From NCBI RefSeq assembly GCF_000317145.1, contig NC_019697.1:2606385-2638384 (forward strand): 32,000 bases of DNA, read 5' to 3'. Shown piece after piece: positions 8,659-16,555 of the stretch. A model generated the notes under the pieces. It saw only the letters and a program-made list of their open reading frames with translations. It was not told the origin of the DNA and did no database searches. Both the position numbers and the translations under genes were made by a program. This DNA is from Chamaesiphon minutus PCC 6605 (GTDB lineage Bacteria; Cyanobacteriota; Cyanobacteriia; Cyanobacteriales; Chamaesiphonaceae). Position 1 is the stretch's first letter. Each line of letters opens with the position of its first letter.

Positions 8659-8685
8659 AATTCGGGAATATCGAACTACCGAATT
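8659..8685. promoter_or_regulatory. Inverted repeat AATTCGG-N13-CCGAATT, candidate operator in the divergent arsR-family / oxidoreductase intergenic region
   Basis: 7-nt perfect arms at 8659-8665 and 8679-8685, 45 nt upstream of the ATG at 8730. No binding data. Confidence 0.25.
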
Positions 8686-8729
8686 TACTACAGCAGACTA
8701 ATCCAGCTCTTCATTAATTTAGTTAGCTT

Positions 8730-9806
8730 ATGACATTGACCCATCTATTTACACCGCTGAAAATGGGAGCTTTGACTCTCCCCAATCGCATTCTGATGGC
8801 ACCATTGACTCGCTGTCGGGCAGACAAAGACCACGTACCGACAGCTCTAATGGCCGAACACTACAGCCAACGGGCGAGTGCGGGATTAGTAATTGCCGAA
8901 GCCACTGCGGCGATGGCGGGTTGCTCGTCATTTTGGACGGAGCCAGGGATTTATAATGACGCGCAAGTAGCTGGCTGGAAACAAGTCACCGACGCAGTTC
9001 ACGCCAAAGGCGGTCAGATCGTGCTCCAAATCTGGCATGGCGGGCGATCTTGCCATCCGCTAATGAATGATGGCGCAATTCCAGTGGCTCCGAGTGCGAT
9101 TCCGATTACCAATGATGAAATTCATACACCCAACGGCAAAGTCGCACACGTAACGCCCCGCGCGTTGGAAGATGCCGAAATTCCGACGATTATTGCTGCC
9201 TTTAAAGCAGCGGCGGTAAATGCTAAAGCAGCAGGATTCGACGGTGTAGAAATCCACGGCGCGAATGGTTATTTATTAGACGAATTTTTGCGCGATGGCT
9301 CGAACCACCGCAGCGGTGCTTATGGTGGTGCTGTCGAAAATCGCGCTCGGTTGTTGCTAGAAGTACTAGCGGCGACGAGTGATGTTTGGGGTAGCGATCG
9401 AGTAGGCGTCAGAGTTTCGCCGCTCAATAGCTACAATAGTATGAAAGACAGCGATCCGATCGCCACTTACAGTTGGTTGGCGAATCGACTCAATGACTAC
9501 AATCTTGCCTATCTCCACGTCATGCGCGCCGATTTCTTGGGCGAACAACAGGGCGATGTGATGACGCCAATGCGATCGATCTATCGCGGTACGATTATCG
9601 GCAATATGGGCTATAGTGCCGAGGAAGCCGAAGCGGCGATCGCGGATGGGAAGCTAGATGCAGTGGCTTTTGGGACATCGTTCTTGGCTAATCCAGATCT
9701 GCCGACACGGTTTGCCAAAAATGCGCCACTGAATGCGCCAGACCCTTCTAAATTCTATTCTTCAGGTGCTGAAGGTTATACAGATTATCCCTACTTAGCG
9801 GCCTAA
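8730..9806 (+). CDS. Old Yellow Enzyme family NADH:flavin oxidoreductase / alkene (N-ethylmaleimide-type) reductase
   Basis: 358-aa ORF. LFTPLKMGALTLPNRILMAPLTRCRA N-terminus, VLQIWHGGR and GVEIHGANGYLLDEFL are canonical OYE motifs. Confidence 0.85.
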   Translation: MTLTHLFTPLKMGALTLPNRILMAPLTRCRADKDHVPTALMAEHYSQRASAGLVIAEATAAMAGCSSFWTEPGIYNDAQVAGWKQVTDAVHAKGGQIVLQIWHGGRSCHPLMNDGAIPVAPSAIPITNDEIHTPNGKVAHVTPRALEDAEIPTIIAAFKAAAVNAKAAGFDGVEIHGANGYLLDEFLRDGSNHRSGAYGGAVENRARLLLEVLAATSDVWGSDRVGVRVSPLNSYNSMKDSDPIATYSWLANRLNDYNLAYLHVMRADFLGEQQGDVMTPMRSIYRGTIIGNMGYSAEEAEAAIADGKLDAVAFGTSFLANPDLPTRFAKNAPLNAPDPSKFYSSGAEGYTDYPYLAA

Positions 9807-9990
9807 ATTAGCGATCGAGATCGACCCGATTTTTACGAGAAACTTGGGTCGCGATCTAATATTAAGCTGAATATATGCTCAAAATATTGAAACGCGGTGG
9901 GAGCGGACGTTGCATAATTAGAAGATAAGTCCGATCGGCCATGAGTATGAGTCGATCGCTAAAATTCAACTTGCAACTGCCAAAATTATT

Positions 9991-12063
9991 ATGCTGCCCC
10001 AACATCGCTGGCAAATAGCACCAAGCAATCGTTCCCAGGCTGCCAAATTAGCTGCGGGAATTACGCTTACAGATGGAGAAGCGACATCGCCATTGCTGGC
10101 GCAGGTATTGATAAATCGCGGGATTGAGACAGTCGAGCAAGCCGAGTTGTTTATCGATCCAGAGACGGCGGTACTACCTTCGCCATTGACGGAATTTCCC
10201 GATTTGGAAATTAGTCTGGATATCTTGGTGGACGCGATCGAAAATAAGTCTAAGATTGCGATTTGTGGGGACTACGATGCGGATGGCATGACTAGTACCG
10301 CCCTACTTTTGCGCGCACTCTCGGCTTTGGGTGCGGATGTAGATTATGCAATTCCCAGTCGGATGTCGGATGGGTATGGGATTAATAAGCGGATTGTGGA
10401 GGAGTTTCATGCTGAAGGGGTGAAACTGATTATCACGGTGGATAATGGCATCTCGGCAGTTGCCGCGATCGCTAGAGCGGTAGAATTGGGCTTACAGGTG
10501 ATTATCACGGATCACCACGATCTACCCCAAGAATTACCGCCAGCACAGGCGATTCTCAATCCGAAACTAATTGCCGAGTCATCGGTTTATCGTGCGATCG
10601 CGGGTGTGGGAGTTGCTTATCTATTGGCTTTAGAATTAGCTCAGCGGCTAGCAAAACCATCTTTAAGCGATGAGCTATTAGAGTTATTTACATTAGGTAC
10701 GATCGCCGATTTAGCACCACTGACAGGAATCAATCGGCGGTTGGTCAAACAGGGTTTACAACTATTGCCAAAGTCGCAAGTTGTTGGCATTCAAGCCTTA
10801 ATTGAAATGTCTGGAACTCAAGGGGGCACGACGGCAAAAAGTATGGCGATGAAGCCAGAAGATATCGGGTTTAGATTGGGGCCGAGGATTAATGCGATCG
10901 GGAGAATTGACGATCCGCAGATTATTATTAATTTACTCACTACTGAAGATATGGGTGTCGCTCTTGCTAGGGCGATTCAATGCGAACAAGTTAATAAACA
11001 ACGCCAAGATATGTGCGCGCGGATCGAACAAGAAGCGATCGATCTGATTGCAACTGGCAATTATAATCTCAAACAAAATCGCGTGCTGGTTATCGTCCAT
11101 CCTGGCTGGCATCACGGCGTCATTGGCATCGTCGCCTCGCGATTAGTCGAACGCTATGGCGTTCCGGTATTTATTGGAACCAATGAGGACGAGCATCCGC
11201 TTGGTGAAACGCACGCTGTAGGCGTTGGCGAAGCCTCTCCGAAGGAGATACGAAGCGAGACGTGTCGCCAGACGGAAACCTCAGCGCGATTTCATCCGCA
11301 CATTCGCGGTTCGGCGCGCAGCATTCCAGAGTTTAATGTGTTTAACGCTCTAGAATACTGTCACGATCTGTTGGGTAAATACGGCGGACATCGCGCAGCA
11401 GGGGGCTTTTCGATGCCAACTGAGAATCTAGAGAAATTTCAACATAGATTGAGCGAATTTGCCCATAAATGCTTAGAAATCGAACATCTCAAGCATTTAG
11501 TCAAAATTGATGCCGAGGCCGATCTAGCAGCCATTAACATGTCGCTGTACGAACAGATCGACGCGATTCATCCCTGTGGAATGGAGAATCCCGATCCGGT
11601 ATTTTGGACGGCAAATGTCCGCGTCATCGAGCAAAAAATTGTCGGCAAAGGACATCTCAAATTTACCGTCAATACGCCAGAATTTCCCCAGGGAATTAAA
11701 GCGATCGCGTGGCGATTTGGCGATTATTTTCCATTACCGCGCTATTTAGATATTGCTTACAAACTCAAAGAAAATAACTGGAAAGATTCACGCGCGATCG
11801 AGTTAGAAATTGTCAGCGTGCGCTTACCAGTTGCCAGTAAAACTTATCAGTTTAATTATCAAGAGCGAGATTATAATTGCAGTATGTCTCCTGACAAAGA
11901 GCGACTGACGATTGTCAATGCTCAAGGCCAAGCTTTAGTAATAAATAAGGGTCACAAGGTTGCGGAGTTAATTGGGGCGCAGGAAATTAAGTCGATCGAT
12001 ATTACTAAGCCTTATTATTTTAAATTGATTAAAACTGCAATGCAAGTATTGCAAATTAATTAA
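9991..12063 (+). CDS. recJ: Single-stranded-DNA-specific exonuclease RecJ
   Basis: 690-aa ORF. DHH-family motifs ICGDYDADGMTS, ITVDNG, IITDHH and DHHA1 motifs IRGSARSI and GGHRAAGGFSM. Confidence 0.9.
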   Translation: MLPQHRWQIAPSNRSQAAKLAAGITLTDGEATSPLLAQVLINRGIETVEQAELFIDPETAVLPSPLTEFPDLEISLDILVDAIENKSKIAICGDYDADGMTSTALLLRALSALGADVDYAIPSRMSDGYGINKRIVEEFHAEGVKLIITVDNGISAVAAIARAVELGLQVIITDHHDLPQELPPAQAILNPKLIAESSVYRAIAGVGVAYLLALELAQRLAKPSLSDELLELFTLGTIADLAPLTGINRRLVKQGLQLLPKSQVVGIQALIEMSGTQGGTTAKSMAMKPEDIGFRLGPRINAIGRIDDPQIIINLLTTEDMGVALARAIQCEQVNKQRQDMCARIEQEAIDLIATGNYNLKQNRVLVIVHPGWHHGVIGIVASRLVERYGVPVFIGTNEDEHPLGETHAVGVGEASPKEIRSETCRQTETSARFHPHIRGSARSIPEFNVFNALEYCHDLLGKYGGHRAAGGFSMPTENLEKFQHRLSEFAHKCLEIEHLKHLVKIDAEADLAAINMSLYEQIDAIHPCGMENPDPVFWTANVRVIEQKIVGKGHLKFTVNTPEFPQGIKAIAWRFGDYFPLPRYLDIAYKLKENNWKDSRAIELEIVSVRLPVASKTYQFNYQERDYNCSMSPDKERLTIVNAQGQALVINKGHKVAELIGAQEIKSIDITKPYYFKLIKTAMQVLQIN
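11194..11299 (+). mobile_element. MITE-like 99-bp in-frame insertion inside recJ, bounded by the 7-bp direct repeat CATCCGC
   Basis: CATCCGC at 11194-11200 and again at 11293-11299, exactly 99 nt apart. The intervening segment contains the dispersed hairpin core GCGTTGGCGAAGCCTCTCCGAAGGAGATACG (11222-11252). Removing one unit gives ...EDEHPHIRGSARS... Confidence 0.6.
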
Positions 12064-12275
12064 AATAAATTAGGGAATTAATCCTACTAACGCTCGAACT
12101 GGATCTTGGCCGTTCCAGAGGGTAACTGAGAAGGTTTTGGCAAAACATAGCATTTGCCATTGCCGCGATCGAATAAATTGCTCTAGATAATTAATATAGG
12201 CGACAGGGATTATCTTGAGTACGGTATCCTTTAGCCGGAAAATAGCTAAGTTAGTGTTTGTCGATTGAGAATTAA

Positions 12276-12524
12276 GTGAGGATGGCAGTCAGCGGATCTA
12301 CAAAGTTAGCGGTCAAATTTTCTTTTTATCGAAGGAGGAATTTTTTGGGAGCGTTTGATTTTGGGGAAGTAGTCGAACGGGTGACGATCGATCTGACCAA
12401 TGCTCATTTGTGGGATCGGGGCGCGGTAGAAATCATCGATCGAATTGTCCTGAAATTTAGGCTAGATCCCACGCTTTCAAGCGGGGGCTTGCGCCCCGCC
12501 ATTCGGTCAATCAGAGTTCTCTAG
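12276..12524 (+). pseudogene. Remnant of the C-terminal STAS domain of a SulP-family anion transporter
   Basis: FLGAFDFGEVVERVTIDLTNAHLWDRGAVEIIDRIVLKFR matches the SulP STAS-domain pattern (LFFg..F...f......v.iDls.aH.WD.sAv.alD.vv.KFr). There is no transporter body upstream and the similarity is lost after KFR. The ORF ends back to back with bgtA. Confidence 0.4.
12481..12499. terminator. GC-rich hairpin between convergent ORFs (possible terminator of bgtA)
   Basis: GCGGGG (12481-12486) pairs with CCCCGC (12494-12499) around a 7-nt loop. It lies 26 nt downstream of the bgtA stop on the minus strand. There is no strong U-tract. Confidence 0.3.
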
Positions 12525-13280
12525 CTAGAGAATCTGGGCTAAAAATTGGCGAGTCCGTTCTTCTTTGGGATGTTGAAAAAAGTCGATCGGATTAGCTTCT
12601 TCTACTAGCAAACCACTATCCATTAACACAATTCGATCGGCTACTTCCCTGGCAAATCCCACCTCGTGGGTGACGACTACCATCGTCATCCCCGATCCCG
12701 CCAAGGACTTCATCACCTCCAATACCTCCCGCACCATTTCTGGATCTAGAGCCGACGTGGGTTCGTCAAATAACATGATCTTCGGCTGCATCGCTAACGC
12801 ACGGGCGATCGCTACCCGTTGTTGCTGTCCGCCAGATAATTGTCCTGGATACTTCCGTGCTTGGGCTAAAATCCCTACCCGTTCTAATAACTGCATGGCT
12901 GCTGCTTCCGCCTGTGCCTTGGGATGTTTTCGCACCCACATCGGCGCGAGGGTAACGTTTTCGAGGACGGTGAGGTGAGGAAATAAATTAAACTGCTGAA
13001 ACACCATCCCCACCTCTTGGCGAATCCGATCGATATGTTTGATATCGTCGGAAATTGCGATCCCATCGATCGTAATCGTCCCCTGTTGATAGTCTTCTAA
13101 GGCATTAAATGTCCGAATAAAGGTCGATTTTCCCGATCCAGATGGCCCCATAATCACCACCACTTCGCCAGGGTAGACAGACAGGCTCACGCCCCGCAGC
13201 ACGTTAAATTGACCGTACCACTTATGAACGGATTCAGCGACGATAATTGGAGCCGGAGTAGGAGGGGAGGTGTTTTGCAT
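12525..13280 (-). CDS. bgtA: Polar amino-acid ABC transporter ATP-binding protein (AapP/GlnQ/BgtA type)
   Basis: 251-aa ORF. Walker [10 protein letters not shown], signature [15 protein letters not shown], Walker [13 protein letters not shown]. The symbol is assigned from synteny with the natF-natG-natH genes on the same strand, as in Anabaena. Confidence 0.85.
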   Translation of the reverse strand: MQNTSPPTPAPIIVAESVHKWYGQFNVLRGVSLSVYPGEVVVIMGPSGSGKSTFIRTFNALEDYQQGTITIDGIAISDDIKHIDRIRQEVGMVFQQFNLFPHLTVLENVTLAPMWVRKHPKAQAEAAAMQLLERVGILAQARKYPGQLSGGQQQRVAIARALAMQPKIMLFDEPTSALDPEMVREVLEVMKSLAGSGMTMVVVTHEVGFAREVADRIVLMDSGLLVEEANPIDFFQHPKEERTRQFLAQIL

Positions 13281-13392
13281 GAGGGGATGGGGAGAGGGGG
13301 AGTAATGAGAGGTCGATCGCAGTTGTTAACCGAGAACTATTGAGAGCGATATATTCTTTGTATTCTAAGTCGATCGCCATCATCTCAGATAT

Positions 13393-13416
13393 CGATCCTC
13401 CACCGGAGCGGCTAAG
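13393..13416 (-). repeat. Copy of the dispersed short-hairpin repeat
   Basis: Reverse complement CTTAGCCGCTCCGGTGGAGGATCG matches ACGTAGCCGCTCCTTGGAGAATCG at 30157-30180. Confidence 0.6.
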
Positions 13417-13623
13417 AATGGAAAAAGTTGGATTCCTTAACTGCGGGTACCCCCCACGAGTGCATCGAAAAAATCGTTTTGGTGGTCATGCTATCTTGTT
13501 GCATATTTGGGTAAAAATGCGATCTGGATCGATCTATTTTGACGTGTAGCTATGTCAGAGTGGTTACAATAGAGATGTCCTCTTCATTCACGAAGTGTGG
13601 GCTTTGCCCGATCGTCATAATCT

Positions 13624-13914
13624 ATGGTGACAATCACCCCTGAGCACGAAAAACTTATTCAAAATCATCTGGATACTGGACGGTATAGTAATGCGGAGGA
13701 AGTCCTAGCGATCGCTCTGCAATTGCTCGCTCGTCTCGATACCGAGCATCAAGCCTGGATTGAAGAAACTCGTCAACAAATCGCCATTGGGATCGCCGAA
13801 CTCGATTCGGCAAAGCCGACGCTACGCGAACGCGGCGAGGGCGTTGATGGTGAAACAGTGATGGCGGGATATCTTCAGCAATTTCAGACGGCACGGCAAA
13901 CGCGGCTCTCATGA
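13624..13914 (+). CDS. parD: ParD-family (ribbon-helix-helix) type II antitoxin
   Basis: 96-aa ORF. ITPEHEKLIQNHLDTGRYSNAEEVLAIALQLL is the typical ParD/CopG-like N-terminus. The stop overlaps the downstream ATG (ATGA at 13911-13914). Confidence 0.7.
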   Translation: MVTITPEHEKLIQNHLDTGRYSNAEEVLAIALQLLARLDTEHQAWIEETRQQIAIGIAELDSAKPTLRERGEGVDGETVMAGYLQQFQTARQTRLS

Positions 13915-14207
13915 ATTTTATCCTCGCGCCCAGTAATACCTGCGACCTAGATCGGTGATCTCAATACTTTCTTGACACCAATGTTGAAGCAGGAGAACGG
14001 TTATTCAAGAAACTCAACCAAAAGTTTTATAACCTGACTCAGTTCCCAAATCTTGGCAAGCCATATCCTCACCTCGATCCCAATATCCGAGGCTTGCTGG
14101 TTGAGAAGTACATCATTTTTTATCGTGTCACCGAGATTCAAGTTGAGATTGTTCGTGTTGTAGATGGCAGACAAGATCTCACTCAACTATTTACGACAGA
14201 AGATTAG
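13911..14207 (+). pseudogene. parE: ParE-family toxin gene interrupted by an in-frame TGA at codon 16
   Basis: ATG at 13911 gives MNFILAPSNTCDLDR, then TGA at 13956-13958. The same frame then continues open as SQYFLDTNVEAGERLFKKLNQKFYNLTQFPNLGKPYPHLDPNIRGLLVEKYIIFYRVTEIQVEIVRVVDGRQDLTQLF to TAG at 14205-14207. This is the ParE/RelE-fold pattern. Confidence 0.6.
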
Positions 14208-14483
14208 CCACAAGTTGTCAGAATATTAGAGATCGCCCTAGTTACCCTAAGCCAGCGATCGCCAGCACGATCGCGCTGCTGCAAATCAATCGTGATGGTG
14301 TGGTTAATATGCGTCGAGTTCTGGCAATTATAGGCTATCATCCACCGGATTAACAAAGATTCTCGAATGACAGGCTACGCGATCGAGTCGTCAGAATATT
14401 TGCTAGACTTTGGCTTGTCAATATTGATAACCCTATAGAACTCTGTAAAAATAAGACAATCTCACAAACTTAAGTATCTCCCA

Positions 14484-14831
14484 TGTCAATGAATGATGTA
14501 ATCGATCGAATTGCGATTGCCGCAGAGAAAAATCCTCGCAACAACGTACTCATAGGCTACTGTGGAAGATATGGAGATAATTTATTAACCAGAGGAAGAA
14601 AGAACAGAACTCTCATCACAACGCATTTATGAACTCAATCAAGAACTATACGCGAAGGGTCAATTACACCCACCTAGATTGAGTGTTGACGAAATAAACG
14701 TCATTCTCTCCGGCTATCCCTATCGACTCCCCACTGAATTTTACGAGATATATCAGCGCGGAACACCTCGATCGCGAGTTTACTCGCTGTCAAACGATAA
14801 TCTTCCCAGCACGATCTCTCTGAGCCAATAA
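14484..14831 (+). pseudogene. Decayed gene fragment with an SMI1/KNR4 (SUKH)-like N-terminal motif; frameshifted and truncated
   Basis: ATG at 14484 reads MSMNDVIDRIAIAAEKNPRNN...LLT, then stops. The next frame continues EEERTELSSQRIYELNQELYAKGQLHPPRLSVDEINVILSGYPYRLPTEFYEIYQRG and ends at 14829-14831. The xLPxEFxxxYxxxxG pattern is SUKH-like. Weak call. Confidence 0.3.
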
Positions 14832-14860
14832 GTCGATCGGCTAGATACTCGATCGACTTA

Positions 14861-15286
14861 TTGGCAGGTATAATTAAGACATCTGGCAAAAAAGTCGCAA
14901 AGCTTATGTCGATCGCAAATTTGATAACCAAGTCTCTCGATCCAACTCCGCTCCGATACGATACCATCGAAGAAACTGCCGAACGCTTCCAACTAGATAG
15001 CAATCTCAGACAACAGATTTTTGGCATCTCGCCCAGAAATCAAGCTCGTCTGCGGAAAGATAACGCGATTTTAAATCCTCTCGTGGTCGATCGATTCAAC
15101 AGATTTAATCGCATCACTCAACAAGCCATTAATCTATTTGAAGATACCGATCGAGCATTAAAATGGTTGCATACCCCTAAAAATAGCTTGGCAGGTATCA
15201 CCCCTCTTGCGGCTCTCTCTACCGACGAAGGTGCCAAACAAGTAGAAGAAATTCTCTATCGCGTTGAATATGGGATTTACGGCTAG
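14861..15286 (+). CDS. Xre-type antitoxin with C-terminal RES-toxin-binding domain (DUF2384 / MbcA / ParS type)
   Basis: C-terminus ALKWLHTPKNSLAGITPLAALSTDEGAKQVEEILYRVEYGIYG is the DUF2384 pattern. The track start at 14861 is TTG; the first ATG is at 14906. The stop overlaps the start of the RES gene. Confidence 0.7.
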   Translation: MAGIIKTSGKKVAKLMSIANLITKSLDPTPLRYDTIEETAERFQLDSNLRQQIFGISPRNQARLRKDNAILNPLVVDRFNRFNRITQQAINLFEDTDRALKWLHTPKNSLAGITPLAALSTDEGAKQVEEILYRVEYGIYG

Positions 15287-15732
15287 TGAGAGTTTGGCGG
15301 ATCACTGCTCATAAACATATTGAAACAGTCTTTTCTGGAGTCGGTGGACTTTACACCAGTGGTCGTTGGCATCCCCAAGGCTACAAGATTTCCTACACAT
15401 CAGAAAGTCTGGCACTAGCTAGCCTCGAAGTATTTGTACACAGCGAAACAACAGATATCCCACTCGCTTGTGTCAGTGCCATTATTCCAGATACCACACC
15501 AATTTTAGAAATTACCGATCTACCAGTCAACTGGCAAGATGTCGCCGCTTACCCAATTCTCCAAGAAATCGGGCGTAAATGGCTCAGAACAATGGAATAT
15601 CCAGTATTGAAAGTGCCTTCTGCAATCATCCCAGTTGAGTACAATTATTTAATCAATCCTGAACATCCAGACCTACAATTACAGACGGAACAGGTACTAG
15701 AGTTTCAGTTTGATAGTCGAATGTGGAAGTAA
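15286..15732 (+). CDS. RES-domain toxin (NAD+-targeting MbcT/ParT-like family)
   Basis: 148-aa ORF with a GTG start overlapping the upstream TAG by 1 nt. RVWRI...GGLYTSGRWHPQGYKISYTSESLALASLEVFVH carries the Arg, Glu and Ser signature positions of RES domains. Confidence 0.75.
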   Translation: MRVWRITAHKHIETVFSGVGGLYTSGRWHPQGYKISYTSESLALASLEVFVHSETTDIPLACVSAIIPDTTPILEITDLPVNWQDVAAYPILQEIGRKWLRTMEYPVLKVPSAIIPVEYNYLINPEHPDLQLQTEQVLEFQFDSRMWK

Positions 15733-15983
15733 CAAGGATAAATCTACACCACCAACTAAAACAATAGACTAAACCAGGTTTGGGGCTTTTCGGGGTTATT
15801 TCCCAACAGGTCTATTATCTATATTCTTTTGGTGGGAAGGGAGTAGGGTTGAACCTTTTTGTATTGCCAATTGTGATTTTTGGCTTTTTACCAAAAAATA
15901 GTTCTACCGAACTTATAGAACCCATTTGAGATTTTTTCATATATCGATTGGAACGATCGGCAAGCGTAATTATCGGAGTTGTA

Positions 15984-16459
15984 TGCAATCAGACCTTCTT
16001 AATTTATGTTCGCAAGCTAGACAATTTTTGGAACCGCGATGGCTTTTATTACATCAGTCGTGGGGAGATCCTCAACCAAAGACGACTTCAGAATATATGT
16101 GCCGCTACACGTCAATTTTTCTAAAAGCAATCTTAAATGTGGGTAATTGCCCATCATGGCGATTAGTGGCAGGAAGACCGATTGCTAGAGAATATGAAGG
16201 TACACAAAAAGGTTGTTTTGGATTTCGTAGATCCGATGGTCTTTTCTTCGACCACTGTTGGGTGCAATCCTCCAATCTAATAGTGGATATTACGGCTGAC
16301 CAATTTGAAGATAAAGCAATCATAATTACTCCAATCGGCGATTCTAGATATTGCCCAAATTTAGAAGAAGCAAACTTTTATGATGATATTACAAAACTTT
16401 CGCACCGCCCACAGAAATGGCTACGAGAATGGAATGAGGACATTGCTGAATTGATATAG
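15984..16459 (+). CDS. Hypothetical protein with a possible Cys-His-Asp (transglutaminase/papain-like) triad
   Basis: First ATG at 15984 (MQSDLLNL...); the track ORF starts at TTG 15926. YMCRYTSIFLKAIL ... FFDHCWVQSSNLIVDITADQF has the C...H-x-W...D-x-T spacing seen in transglutaminase-like cysteine peptidases. AT-rich. Confidence 0.4.
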
Positions 16460-16555
16460 TCATTTCGATTAGGAATGAGGCAAACCAGCAAGATCGAATC
16501 CTGTCATAACAAACACTTGAGCTGATAAAAACAGGGCTACTCAGCTTCCTTTTCC

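Noticed and set aside
12064-12275. Small hairpins (CTGGA-N10-TCCAG and TGGCAAA-N8-TTTGCCA) as a possible ncRNA downstream of recJ
   Set aside because: The stems are short and isolated, with no resemblance to any RNA family that I can recognise. There is not enough evidence to call an RNA gene.
13340-13549. 69-aa + strand ORF in the bgtA upstream region
   Set aside because: It has no ribosome-binding site or recognisable motif, spans a hairpin-repeat copy and lies in what should be the bgtA promoter region. It is probably non-coding.
13956-13958. The in-frame TGA in parE as selenocysteine or programmed readthrough
   Set aside because: I see no SECIS-like hairpin immediately downstream, and toxins of this family are not known selenoproteins. 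A nonsense mutation or sequencing error is more parsimonious.
14001-14186. 61-aa minus-strand ORF
   Set aside because: It is antisense to the ParE-like reading frame, which has a far more convincing family pattern.
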